From assembly GCA_963808625.1 (NCBI GenBank), contig CAWEHK010000044.1, positions 31,939-95,938 on the forward strand: a stretch of DNA of 64,000 bases, given 5' to 3'. Within the stretch, counting starts at the first letter, position 1, and every line of letters starts with the position of its first letter. Below are positions 19,421 through 28,946 of the stretch, one piece after another. The notes beneath the pieces are model-generated. The model made no database searches, had not been told where the DNA came from, and was given only the letters and a program-made list of their open reading frames with translations. The position numbers were made by a program, and so were the translations under genes. The stretch comes from an uncultured delta proteobacterium (lineage in GTDB: Bacteria; Desulfobacterota; Syntrophobacteria; Syntrophobacterales; Syntrophobacteraceae).

Positions 19421-20428
19421 ATGGCACAGGAAAGCCCCGCCAAAGTCAAGTGTAAAGGGATCAATCAGATTGCCATCGTGGTGGAAAACCTGGAACTGGT
19501 GGCGAAAAACTACTGGGAGATTTTGGGTATCGGACCCTGGGCTGTCTTCGATTGGGAGGCGCCCCTGGTCTATGATCGGAAGTACCATGGAAAGGCGGCT
19601 TGGGCGAGAGAGAAGATCGCCCTGGTGCAGGTGGGAGGAGTGCAGCTTGAACTGGTCCAGCCCGTGGATGGTCCGTCCATATACCGTGACTTTCTTGACG
19701 AGCACGGCGAGGGGATCCACCACATGAATTTCCTGGTGGATGATGTGGATGAAGCAGTCGAAATATTGGTTAAAGAAGGGTTCCCCAGCCTGCAGAGCGG
19801 CAAGTTCGGTCCAAGGGACCAGGGAGGCGCATACAACTACCTTGATATCAAGCCGCTTCGAGCCATCTGGGAACCCGTTCATATGGGAGAAGAAATCGGC
19901 GCAGAGCCGATTATGTTTCCGGATACGAAAGGGGAAAGCCCAGCCAAAGTCAAGTGCAAAGGAATCAATCAGATCGCCATCGTGGTGAGAAACCTGGAAC
20001 TGGTGGCGAAAAACTACTGGGACATTCTGGGCATCGGCCCCTGGGCTGTCTTCGATTGGGAGGCGCCCCTGGTCTATGATCGGAAGTACCATGGAAAGGC
20101 CGCCTGGGCGAGAGAGAAGATCGCCCTGGTGCAAGTGGGAGACGTGCAGCTTGAACTGGTCCAGCCCGTGGATGGTCCATCCATATACCGTGACTGGCTT
20201 GACGAGCACGGCGAGGGGATCCACCACATGAACTTCCTGGTGGATGATGTGGATGAAGCTGCCGAAATTCTGGTGAAAGAAGGATTCCCCAGCCTGCAGA
20301 GCGGCAAGTTCGGCCCAAAGGACCAGAGAGGCGCTTACAACTACCTCGATATCAAGCCGCTTCGAGCCATCTGGGAACCTGTCCATATGGGGGAAGAAAT
20401 AGGCGCAAAGCCGGTTACGTTCCCATAA
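19421..20428 (+). CDS. VOC (methylmalonyl-CoA epimerase/glyoxalase-like) protein with internal 168-aa tandem duplication
   Basis: INQIAIVV, QLELVQP..GPSIY.D.L.EHGEGIHH, IWE, all repeated with a 504-bp period. Confidence 0.85.
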   Translation: MAQESPAKVKCKGINQIAIVVENLELVAKNYWEILGIGPWAVFDWEAPLVYDRKYHGKAAWAREKIALVQVGGVQLELVQPVDGPSIYRDFLDEHGEGIHHMNFLVDDVDEAVEILVKEGFPSLQSGKFGPRDQGGAYNYLDIKPLRAIWEPVHMGEEIGAEPIMFPDTKGESPAKVKCKGINQIAIVVRNLELVAKNYWDILGIGPWAVFDWEAPLVYDRKYHGKAAWAREKIALVQVGDVQLELVQPVDGPSIYRDWLDEHGEGIHHMNFLVDDVDEAAEILVKEGFPSLQSGKFGPKDQRGAYNYLDIKPLRAIWEPVHMGEEIGAKPVTFP

Positions 20429-20451
20429 CCGAACATTGAGTACAGTGCTAA

Positions 20452-20959
20452 GGAACTATCTCAACATGGTCAAAATGCCGTTGATCGTCATTCCGGCGAA
20501 AGCCGGAATCCAGTTTTTCTTAGGGATTATGGACCCCGGCTTGCGCCAGGGTGACAGGGTAAGCCAGTTTTGAGAAAGTCTCTAAGCGCAGGGCCGCATG
20601 AATGAGTGCCCGATATCCAACCGTCATGCTCGCGCATGCGGGCATCTGGGCGTTGCTTCTGGATTCCCACCAAGGCATGCGGGAATGACGCTTCAGGATT
20701 ATGGTCACGTTAATGTACGGACCTGTATGAAGAGCCTGTCGGAAAATTGCCGCTTAAAGCTGGTTCCCAAGCTCTGGCTTGGGAACCTACCTTGTTGGAA
20801 GCTCCAGCTTCGTCGGAATTGTCGATCCTACCTGATACCAAAGACATACGGGAAGCTGGAAGCTTCTGTGTCCGCGTTCCCAAGCTGGAGCTTGGGAACG
20901 AGCGAACGAGCGAGCCACCGGCTATACCGGTGGTTAACTCTGACTTTTGGACAGGTTCT
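20452..20959. repeat. stack of three adjacent MITE/REP-like elements
   Basis: 20452-20582 (family of 4246-4727), ~20584-20728 (family of 6601-6747), 20731-20959 (family B). Confidence 0.65.
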
Positions 20960-20979
20960 AAGTAATTCGGGTAGGTACG

Positions 20980-21924
20980 ATGCAGCATCTCAATCGGAAA
21001 ATTGACCAAGCCCGGGAGCTCAGTTGGCAAACGTTTGGCAAACGAATTACCTTCTTCCTCCCCGGCATGTTTTCCTGCAACGGCCATTCAGGTAAATATC
21101 CCGCCTTTTCAATTACTGGCCCGGACTGCCGACTTCAATGCGAACACTGTAAGGCGAAGATCCTTGAGTCCATGATTCCTGCGCGTGAACCGGAAGTACT
21201 TCTGGAGAAATGCCTTCAGCTTGAAGAGAAGGGCAATTCAGGGGTCTTGATCAGTGGTGGCTGCGATGAAGAAGGCTGCCTGCCCTGGGGCAAGTTTGTC
21301 CCGCCATAAAAGAGGTGAAAAGACGGACAGACCTCAGGATCTCCGTCCACAGCGGTTTTGTCACCGAGGCGATGGCTTTTTCCCTTAAGGAAACAGGGGT
21401 CGATCAGGTGCTGGTAGATGTTGTCGGAGACGACGAAACGTACCGAAGAGTCTATCACCTGGAATCCGGCGTCTCCAAGCTTGTTGCCTCCCTCAGGGCG
21501 CTCCGGGAAGCGGGACTGACGATCGTTCCCCACATTTGCTGCGGACTCGATTTTGGAAGAATCAGGGGAGAAAGAAAGGCCATCGAACTGGTTTCCCGGT
21601 TCGAAATAGGGCTTTTGGTGTTCATTTCGCTCATGCCGATTCCGGGTACTCCGATGTGGGGCAAAGCAATGCCCGAGGCCGATGAGGTGGCTGAACTGAT
21701 CGTTGCAGCCCGGCTAAAGATGCCCCGTACGCTAATCAGCCTGGGATGTGCTCGGGAAAGGGGCAACAGGCGTCTGGAAATCCTGGCAATCGATGCGGGA
21801 ATAAACCGCATGGCGCTGCCATCAGAAGAGGCCTTGAACCGGGCGAAGTACTACGGCCTGGAGATTAAATATCAGAGAACCTGCTGTTCCGGTGGGCGAA
21901 GAAATCCCTGATGCAGGATGGTAG
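20980..21924 (+). CDS. lipS1: radical SAM lipoyl synthase subunit, LipS1 type; frameshift ~21300
   Basis: SITGPDCRLQCEHC, LISGGC, LGCAR and C-terminal TCCS motifs. Confidence 0.75.
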
Positions 21925-22024
21925 CCGACTAAGTTATTGTTTTCTCTGCGGCCTCTGCGTCTCTGCGGTGGAAAAGGCGCCTATCCAACCTTAACGAGCA
22001 TAACTGACCAAAGGAATAGCTCCT

Positions 22025-23125
22025 ATGGAAAAAGGAAGTCCGGAAAGCCCCCGCCACCTGAGAATGAGCCTGGCTGCAGCGATGACCCTGGGCTTTCAAC
22101 CCGGCCTCTTTTACCGGAATGCCCGGCTCCATTGCATCAACCTGCTCTTGACGTACGGCACGGGCTGCTCCGCCAGGTGCTCGTATTGCGGCCTATCCGG
22201 CAGCCGCCCCGGGATTCCTTCAGGGAAAAGCTTCATCAGGGTCACCTGGCCGACTTATCCCCTGGAAGACATCATCCGGAGCATCTCGAAGCGCCAGGAT
22301 AAGGTTAAGAGAATCTGCATCTCGATGCTGACCAACCAGCGCGCGGTGCAGGATACGAAAGAGGTTTGCGCAAGGCTGCGGGCAAGCTTCGATATCCCGG
22401 TCTCGCTGCTGATTTCACCCACTCTGGTCAGCTACCAGGATCTGGTGGACTTCAAGACCGCCGGAGGGGACAAAATCGGGGTGGCTATTGACCTGGCAAC
22501 GCCTGCACTGTTTGATCGTTACCGGGGCGCCGGTGCGGGAGGCCCTCATCGATGGGAGACTTACTGGAGCTGTCTTGCCGATGCCATCCGCGTCTTTGGG
22601 AACGGTAATGCAGGGTCTCATTTCATGGTAGGGATGGGCGAAACGGAAAAGGAGATGTGCCGGGCCATTCAGCGGGTCAGAGACCTGGGAGGACGTACGC
22701 ATCTCTTCTCCTTTTTTCCCGAAGCCAACTCGGTCATGGCAGACCATCCTCAACCTCCCATGGACCAATATCGCCGTATCCAGTTAGCCCGCTTCCTGAT
22801 TGATAACGGAGCAAGCAGGGCCGACCAGTTTGTCTATGACGCCCGTGAGCAGCTTACGGATTTTGGCATTCACCGGGAACTGCTCGAGGACACCATCGAT
22901 TCCGGCGAACCTTTTCGCACCAGCGGCTGCGCTGGCTACGACGGGGAAGTCGCCTGCAATCGTCCTTACGCAAACGATCGTCCGGGACCAGGCATTCGGA
23001 ATTTTCCCTTCCGCCCGAATAGAGCGGATATAAGGCGGATTCGGATGCAGATGAAGCCGCCACGTCACAACCGATCCGAGACGCAAAAAGACGGCGTAAG
23101 AAGAAGGGCGCAAGAAGATGATTGA
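22025..23125 (+). CDS. lipS2: radical SAM lipoyl synthase subunit, LipS2 type
   Basis: CSARCSYC, FIRVTWP, FRTSGC.......ACNRP. Confidence 0.78.
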   Translation: MEKGSPESPRHLRMSLAAAMTLGFQPGLFYRNARLHCINLLLTYGTGCSARCSYCGLSGSRPGIPSGKSFIRVTWPTYPLEDIIRSISKRQDKVKRICISMLTNQRAVQDTKEVCARLRASFDIPVSLLISPTLVSYQDLVDFKTAGGDKIGVAIDLATPALFDRYRGAGAGGPHRWETYWSCLADAIRVFGNGNAGSHFMVGMGETEKEMCRAIQRVRDLGGRTHLFSFFPEANSVMADHPQPPMDQYRRIQLARFLIDNGASRADQFVYDAREQLTDFGIHRELLEDTIDSGEPFRTSGCAGYDGEVACNRPYANDRPGPGIRNFPFRPNRADIRRIRMQMKPPRHNRSETQKDGVRRRAQEDD

Positions 23126-23208
23126 CAGACCGGAGCCTTATGCTGCATCTATTGATAAAATAATACTACCGGGAACAATGCCGTAAACCTCCATACGAGG
23201 AGGTTATT

Positions 23209-25287
23209 ATGTACAGGCTGGTCCGCGTCGAAGATCAGTTTCAAGTAGTTGAGGGAAGCGTATCCGGGGACACACTTCCCCCCCATCAAGCCCAACCTCC
23301 CGATTTCCAGGAAACCATCGCCCCGCTCTGGAATCCATGCACACAACTGGAGAAGCAGTTCTGGAGGGATTTCGTAAGAACCGGAAGTGCCAGGCCGGCC
23401 CAGGTGCGCAGCACCATCATCGAGTCCTGGGAACGGTGCCGAAAGGTCAATGTGGAATTCGACCGGGGCAAATGCTGGGACCTCATTTCCGGAAGCGAGC
23501 TGGAGAAAAGAAGGGGCTTGCTGTGTGAGATCTCCGAGCCCATCATGGAAACCCTCTATCAGTGCGTGCGCGGTTCGGGCCAGGTGATCGTGCTGGTGGA
23601 CAAAGATGGATATATCCTCGCCAGCCTTGGTGATTTGACGTCACTCCGGCAGGCCGAGAAGCTGAACTTCGGACCCGGAGCCAACTGGTCTGAACGCAGT
23701 GTCGGTACTAATGCGATCGGCACGGCGCTGGCAATAGGGCTCTCGCTGCATGTCACCGGCGCCGAACATTATTGTGAAACGCACCATACGTGGACCTGCG
23801 CTGCAACGCCCATCCGTGATCCGGAGGGGGGGATCATGGGGTGTCTGGATATCTCCGGCCCCCGTGAGAAGGCCCATTTCCACAGCCTCGGAATGACCGT
23901 GGCCGCCGTGCGCGCCATCGAAGAACGATTGCGTCTCGAACAGTCACACGAATACTACCTGAATGTGAGCAAACATCTTGCGACCGTCTTCAATTCGGTC
24001 TCGGAGGGACTCATCACCATCGACAATCGGGGGCAGGTCACCGCGATCAATATGTCGGCAGCCAGGCTTTTGAATCTGCACCCGAGGGACCTCGTCGGAA
24101 GGCCCATCGATGAGATCGTACGAATGGACCATAAACTTCGCAGTTTCATGGATACCGGGCGGGAATACGCTGAGGAAGAATTGCTGCTGAAGTCGGAAAA
24201 GGGAGCGGTGCGCTGCATCGGGTCCGCGAATCCCATCTGCGGCGAGAATCGATCGAGACTGGGGGCGGTGCTTACTTTTACTAAAATGAAAAGATCTTTT
24301 CATTCCCCAAGTGGGAGCGGGACGGAAGGGGCCGATACCCGATTCCTGTTCAAGGACATTATCGGTGAAAGCCTGGTCATGCAGGAAACCCTGGAAAAGG
24401 CGAAACGATTTGCCAAGGGGCCTTCCACCATTCTCCTGCTGGGTGAAAGCGGCACCGGCAAGGAGCTGTTCGCCCAGGCAATTCACAATGCCAGTGATCG
24501 CCGGAACGGGCCCTTCGTGTCGGTCAGTTGCGGCGCCATACCCGGAGAATTGATCCAAAGCGAGCTTTTCGGCTATGTCGAAGGGGCCTTTACCGGTGCA
24601 AAGAAGGGAGGCCGTCCCGGAAAGCTCGAACTGGCGAATGGAGGTTCTATCTTTCTGGATGAGATCGGTGAGATGCCGCTCCCTATGCAGGTGAATCTCC
24701 TCAGGGTGCTGGAAGAAAGGGCCATCGTGCGCGTCGGAGATAACCGGGTTATCCCCGTGGATGTGAGGATCATCGCGGCAACGAATAGGAGCCTCTATGA
24801 AGAAGTTTCGAGAGGGAGATTCAGGGAGGATTTGTTTTATCGGTTAAACGTTATATCCATAATTCTGCCGCCGCTAAGAGAGCGAACCGGCGACATAACT
24901 TTATTGACTCAATATTACGCGGATCGGATATCCCGAAAAGTCGGCAAGCTCGTCAAGCATATAGAACCGGCGGTTTTGGCGACCCTTGAGGCATACCGCT
25001 GGCCCGGTAACGTGCGGGAACTCTCCAACGTTCTCGAGTACGCCATCAATATGCTGCAGGGTGAGGAATTGTTGATCTCTCATCTGCCTCCTTATATGAA
25101 GAAGAAACAAATATCGGAACCGCTCCTTGAAGATATGGACATCATCCCCCTGGACTTGATGGAAAAAAGGGCCATCCAAAACGCCCTCGTCCACTTTGGC
25201 GGCAACATAACCAAAGTCGCCAATGCGCTCGGCATCGGCCGCAACACCTTATATGATAAAATGAGAAAGTACGGGATTCGGGCTTGA
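23209..25287 (+). CDS. acoR: sigma54-dependent activator (GAF-PAS-AAA+-HTH), AcoR family
   Basis: SWERC, WSE..GTNAIGT, GESGTGKE, GAFTGA, LGIGRNTLY. Confidence 0.9.
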   Translation: MYRLVRVEDQFQVVEGSVSGDTLPPHQAQPPDFQETIAPLWNPCTQLEKQFWRDFVRTGSARPAQVRSTIIESWERCRKVNVEFDRGKCWDLISGSELEKRRGLLCEISEPIMETLYQCVRGSGQVIVLVDKDGYILASLGDLTSLRQAEKLNFGPGANWSERSVGTNAIGTALAIGLSLHVTGAEHYCETHHTWTCAATPIRDPEGGIMGCLDISGPREKAHFHSLGMTVAAVRAIEERLRLEQSHEYYLNVSKHLATVFNSVSEGLITIDNRGQVTAINMSAARLLNLHPRDLVGRPIDEIVRMDHKLRSFMDTGREYAEEELLLKSEKGAVRCIGSANPICGENRSRLGAVLTFTKMKRSFHSPSGSGTEGADTRFLFKDIIGESLVMQETLEKAKRFAKGPSTILLLGESGTGKELFAQAIHNASDRRNGPFVSVSCGAIPGELIQSELFGYVEGAFTGAKKGGRPGKLELANGGSIFLDEIGEMPLPMQVNLLRVLEERAIVRVGDNRVIPVDVRIIAATNRSLYEEVSRGRFREDLFYRLNVISIILPPLRERTGDITLLTQYYADRISRKVGKLVKHIEPAVLATLEAYRWPGNVRELSNVLEYAINMLQGEELLISHLPPYMKKKQISEPLLEDMDIIPLDLMEKRAIQNALVHFGGNITKVANALGIGRNTLYDKMRKYGIRA

Positions 25288-25350
25288 TCAAAAGGCTTAA
25301 GATCCCGCTTGCATGGTGTCTTCTTCCAAAGGATATTGATTTACAGCGGG

Positions 25351-25420
25351 CCCCGCTGGCGAAGCTGGATGAGCTTTTCGCCTCCTCTCCAACACGCGTG
25401 CCTTCCGGGGAGAGCTCTGA
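25351..25420 (+). pseudogene. 3'-terminal remnant of type I R-M specificity gene hsdS
   Basis: With small indels translates as QRAPLAKLDELFASLQHRAFRGEL*, the conserved HsdS C-terminus. A second copy lies at 26226-26259. Confidence 0.6.
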
Positions 25421-25422
25421 CC

Positions 25423-26214
25423 ATGGACACCAGAGCGGGCCAACTCCACTTCGACCGCGAGCCGGTGAGCGATTTCCGTTCCTTGCTTTCGAAATACAAT
25501 GCGAAAGAGTTCGCATCGCCCTGCCGTTCCACTGTGCCACTGCTTTCGTTGATCAAAGACGGCTGGCCCGTCTTCCAGGAGCTGTTGGCCGCTTGTCATC
25601 TCCCTCCGGATTCCAACCTGCACTTCGAGTTTAGAGTCCTCCCGCCCAAGGGCAGGGGGAATCCATCGCACACGGACGTGATGGTGTTCTCCGCAGACAA
25701 TGCGCTCGCGCTGGAGGTCAAATGGAGTGAACCGCGCTACGGGACTGTCCGCGACTGGATTCGGCAGGGGCGCAGCCCGGAGAACCGCCGGAAGGTTATG
25801 ACGGGTTGGCTCGAATTGCTCCAACCCCAGGCGGCGCGGCCCCTGCGACTGGAGGACTTCTCCGACGCGGTTTACCAAATGGTTCATCGCGCGGCTTCGG
25901 CCTGCGCCCAGGGCAAGCGCCCGCAGCTCGCCTATTTGCAGTTTACCCCTCTTCCCGATGGGCAGAAAGCTGACAGCGAGCAGAACTACACCGACCTCAC
26001 CGATTTGCACCGGTTGCTGGGGCATCCATCCGGTTTTCCCTTCCATCTGATCGAGGTTCAAGTCATGCCCACTGACGCTTTCCGATCGATTGAACGGCTG
26101 CCGAAGGGATCATCCAAGACAGCCGAGGCCGTCACTGCGGCCCTCCTCGGCGCCAGTCTGTTCAAGTTTGAGGGATGGCGGCTTCGAACCATCGACGGAC
26201 CAGCGACGTCGTAG
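25423..26214 (+). CDS. hypothetical protein with PD-(D/E)XK nuclease-like motif
   Basis: HFE...SHTDVM...LEVKWSE motif; clean ORF. Confidence 0.6.
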   Translation: MDTRAGQLHFDREPVSDFRSLLSKYNAKEFASPCRSTVPLLSLIKDGWPVFQELLAACHLPPDSNLHFEFRVLPPKGRGNPSHTDVMVFSADNALALEVKWSEPRYGTVRDWIRQGRSPENRRKVMTGWLELLQPQAARPLRLEDFSDAVYQMVHRAASACAQGKRPQLAYLQFTPLPDGQKADSEQNYTDLTDLHRLLGHPSGFPFHLIEVQVMPTDAFRSIERLPKGSSKTAEAVTAALLGASLFKFEGWRLRTIDGPATS

Positions 26215-26315
26215 CCAAGACCGTCCTCCAACACCGCGCCTTGCGGGGGGAGACTGTGAGATGTAGGGTAAATATGGCCTTGACGCATATATTCCTTTGA
26301 GGGTATATTCCTTCT

Positions 26316-26676
26316 ATGGCATGGGAAGTTGAAGTAACGGAAGAGTTCGAGGCGTGGTGGGATGGTCTCGACGAGGCCGAACAGGAAGATGTCGCGGCGG
26401 TGGTCATCCTGCTGGAGGCAAAAGGGACCGAACCTGGGGTTCCCTCACAGCTCCAAAGTTCGAAGCTCGCAATACGGGCAGATGAGAGAACTGCGCATCC
26501 AGCACCGAGGCGAGCCATACCGGGTGCTTTATGCTTTCGATCCTCGCCGGGTGGCTCTGCTGCTGGTCGGCGGCTGTAAGAGCGGCGACGATCGCTGGTA
26601 TGACAAGTACGTTCCCCTCGCCGATCGTCTGCTGGCGGAACACCTTGAAGGATTGGAGAAAGAAAGAGGAGTATAG
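26316..26676 (+). CDS. RelE/HigB-like toxin; frameshift ~26430
   Basis: WEVEVTEEFEAWW, GPNLGFPHSS, MRELRIQH.GEPYRVLYAFDPRR.ALLLVGG.K. Confidence 0.85.
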
Positions 26677-26678
26677 TC

Positions 26679-27008
26679 ATGGCGAAATCGTTCAAGAAGC
26701 TCAAAGAGAAGATGTCGCCTGAATCGCTGACGCGCGCCAATGAGAAGGCCCAGGAGATGCTCGATGCCATGCCCCTGCAGGAACTTCGGCAGGCACGGTT
26801 GCTCAGCCAGGAACAGCTTGCCAAAGCTCTTCATCTCAAACAGCCAAGCATTTCCAAACTGGAGAAACGAACCGACATGTACATCAGCACCCTCCGGAGC
26901 GTGGTGAAGGCCATGGGGGGTGATCTGGAGATTGTTGCCCGCTTCCCCGACGGGAGTGTTCGCATCAATCAGTTTGAAGAACTGGATACGGGCACGACCG
27001 CTCCCTAG
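26679..27008 (+). CDS. XRE/HigA-like antitoxin
   Basis: LQELRQARLLSQEQLA..L.KQPSISKLEKRTDMYISTLR. Confidence 0.88.
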   Translation: MAKSFKKLKEKMSPESLTRANEKAQEMLDAMPLQELRQARLLSQEQLAKALHLKQPSISKLEKRTDMYISTLRSVVKAMGGDLEIVARFPDGSVRINQFEELDTGTTAP

Positions 27009-27222
27009 GCAGCTTCTCGTGGTCCGTGCGATGGTTGCAACCTTTCAGATTCGAAGCTGAACGTCCTCACATGATAGTAGGAGCGGGCCTTGCCCGCGAC
27101 CAATGCGTGCGGACTGCGCTGAGCGAATAATAGGGCGATTGACGGGACGATGAATTCGCGGGCAAGGCCCGCTCCTACAGAAAGTGTCGTCACCCCCGCG
27201 AAGGCGGGGGGAAGGAGCATTC

Positions 27223-28149
27223 ATGGTGGCGAGGCAGCTGATCGAGTGTGTTCCAAACTTCAGCGAAGGGCGTCGCAGCGAGGTGATTGAAGCGATTGTG
27301 GCGCCATTCCGCAGGCAGAAGGGATGCTATCTCCTGGACTACCGAGCGGACCCCGATCACAATCGTCTGGTGGTGAGTCTGGTCGGCCGGGTTGAACCGA
27401 TTCAAGAGGCATTGCTGGCGGCCTCCCTGGTCGCTGTCGAAAGGATCGATCTCAATACGCACCGGGGCGCCCATCCGCGCATCGGAGCGATCGATGTGAT
27501 CCCCTTTGTGCCCCTGCGAAACATCGCCATGGATGAGTGCGTGCGGCTGGCGCACCGCTTTGGCAGGCGCTTCCACGAGGCAACCGGAGTGCCGGTTTAC
27601 TTTTACGAAGAAGCGGCGTTAAGGCCGCAGCGGAGCGCTCTCGAGGTGATTCGCAAGGGCCAGTTTGAAGCCCTTCGCCATGATGTGACGCTCCCGGAGC
27701 GCCATCCCGACCTTGGCGAGCCCTGCCTCCATCCCACGGCCGGGGCTACCATCATCGGGGCACGCAAGGTCCTCATTGCCTTCAACGTTAACCTCGCTAC
27801 CGACAAGCTCGATGTGGCCCGGCAAATTGCCCGGGCGATTCGTTCTTCGAGCGGCGGCCTGAGCTCGGTTAAGGCGATCGGTCTCGCGCTGGAGGGGCGG
27901 GGCATGGTGCAGGTGAGCATGAATGTGGTCGATTATGAGAAGAATGCACTCTACCGCATCGTCGAATTCATTCGGATGGAGGCCAGGCGCTGGGGGGTGG
28001 AGGTGGCCGAAACGGAGGTCTACGGTATGGTGCCGGCAGCCGCGCTCCTCGACAGCGTTTCCTATTACATGCAGACCGCTCGGTTTGATCCCAGGCAGGT
28101 CATCGAACTGGCCGTCCTGGATCAACTGGGTGAAGAAGAGAAGGAATAG
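27223..28149 (+). CDS. ftcD: glutamate formimidoyltransferase
   Basis: LIECVPNFSEGR, D.DHNR, H.GAHPRIGAIDVIPFVP, LIAFNVNL, VQVSMN. Confidence 0.9.
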   Translation: MVARQLIECVPNFSEGRRSEVIEAIVAPFRRQKGCYLLDYRADPDHNRLVVSLVGRVEPIQEALLAASLVAVERIDLNTHRGAHPRIGAIDVIPFVPLRNIAMDECVRLAHRFGRRFHEATGVPVYFYEEAALRPQRSALEVIRKGQFEALRHDVTLPERHPDLGEPCLHPTAGATIIGARKVLIAFNVNLATDKLDVARQIARAIRSSSGGLSSVKAIGLALEGRGMVQVSMNVVDYEKNALYRIVEFIRMEARRWGVEVAETEVYGMVPAAALLDSVSYYMQTARFDPRQVIELAVLDQLGEEEKE

Positions 28150-28153
28150 GCCC

Positions 28154-28786
28154 ATGAATCTCGTTGGACTTACCCTCGAGCAGTTTGCCCGCCTCGTTGC
28201 AGGCGCCACGCCGACGCCCGGCGGCGGCAGTGTGACGGCGCTGGCGGCGGCGTTGAGTGCATCCCTCTGTGCAATGGTCGCTCGGCTCACCCTTGGCAAG
28301 GAAAAGCATCGCGACTGCTGGGCCGCCATGGAAAGGCTGAGAGACACGGCGGACGAGCTCATCAGCGTATTTCTGAACCTGGTGGAAGAGGACACCGAGC
28401 TTACAATGAAGTACTGGCCGCCGGCAAGCTGCCAAAAGAGACCGAGGCGCAAAGAAGCTTCCGTCAACAGGCTATCGAGAAGGCGTTGGAGCACGCTGCT
28501 GCGGTTCCGCTGGCGACGCTGGAAAACCTCCGCCGAATCCCTGACCTGGCGCGTGAAGCTTTGCAGTATGGCAACCCGAACTGTCTGACCGATGCCGGCG
28601 TCGCGGTGCATCTGTTGCGTGCGGCAGCCGCTCGGGGCGGCCTATAACGTCCGCATCAACCTGTCCGGCATCAAGGACCGGCAACTGGCCGGGGCCCTGG
28701 TGGGCCGTGCCGAAGAACTGCTCGCGCAGGTTGGCCGAGCTTCCACGGAATTGGAACGAGTTGTTGAGCAACGTCTGGGCCAATAG
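28154..28786 (+). CDS. formimidoyltetrahydrofolate cyclodeaminase; frameshifted
   Basis: PTPGGGSV.AL, GNPNCLTDAGV, AAYNVRINL distributed over three frames. Confidence 0.8.
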
Positions 28787-28946
28787 CGCGACGAAGATCA
28801 AAAAGTGGAAAAGATGGAGAAGATGAATATCGAATATCGAACAAGGAATTTCGAATGATGAAGTTTTCTGTGAACGCCATGCGGGGTAAGCTCGGTGCCC
28901 GGAATTTCCACCCTGTGCCAACCGGCCGGCCTGGGAGCTGGTTGCC

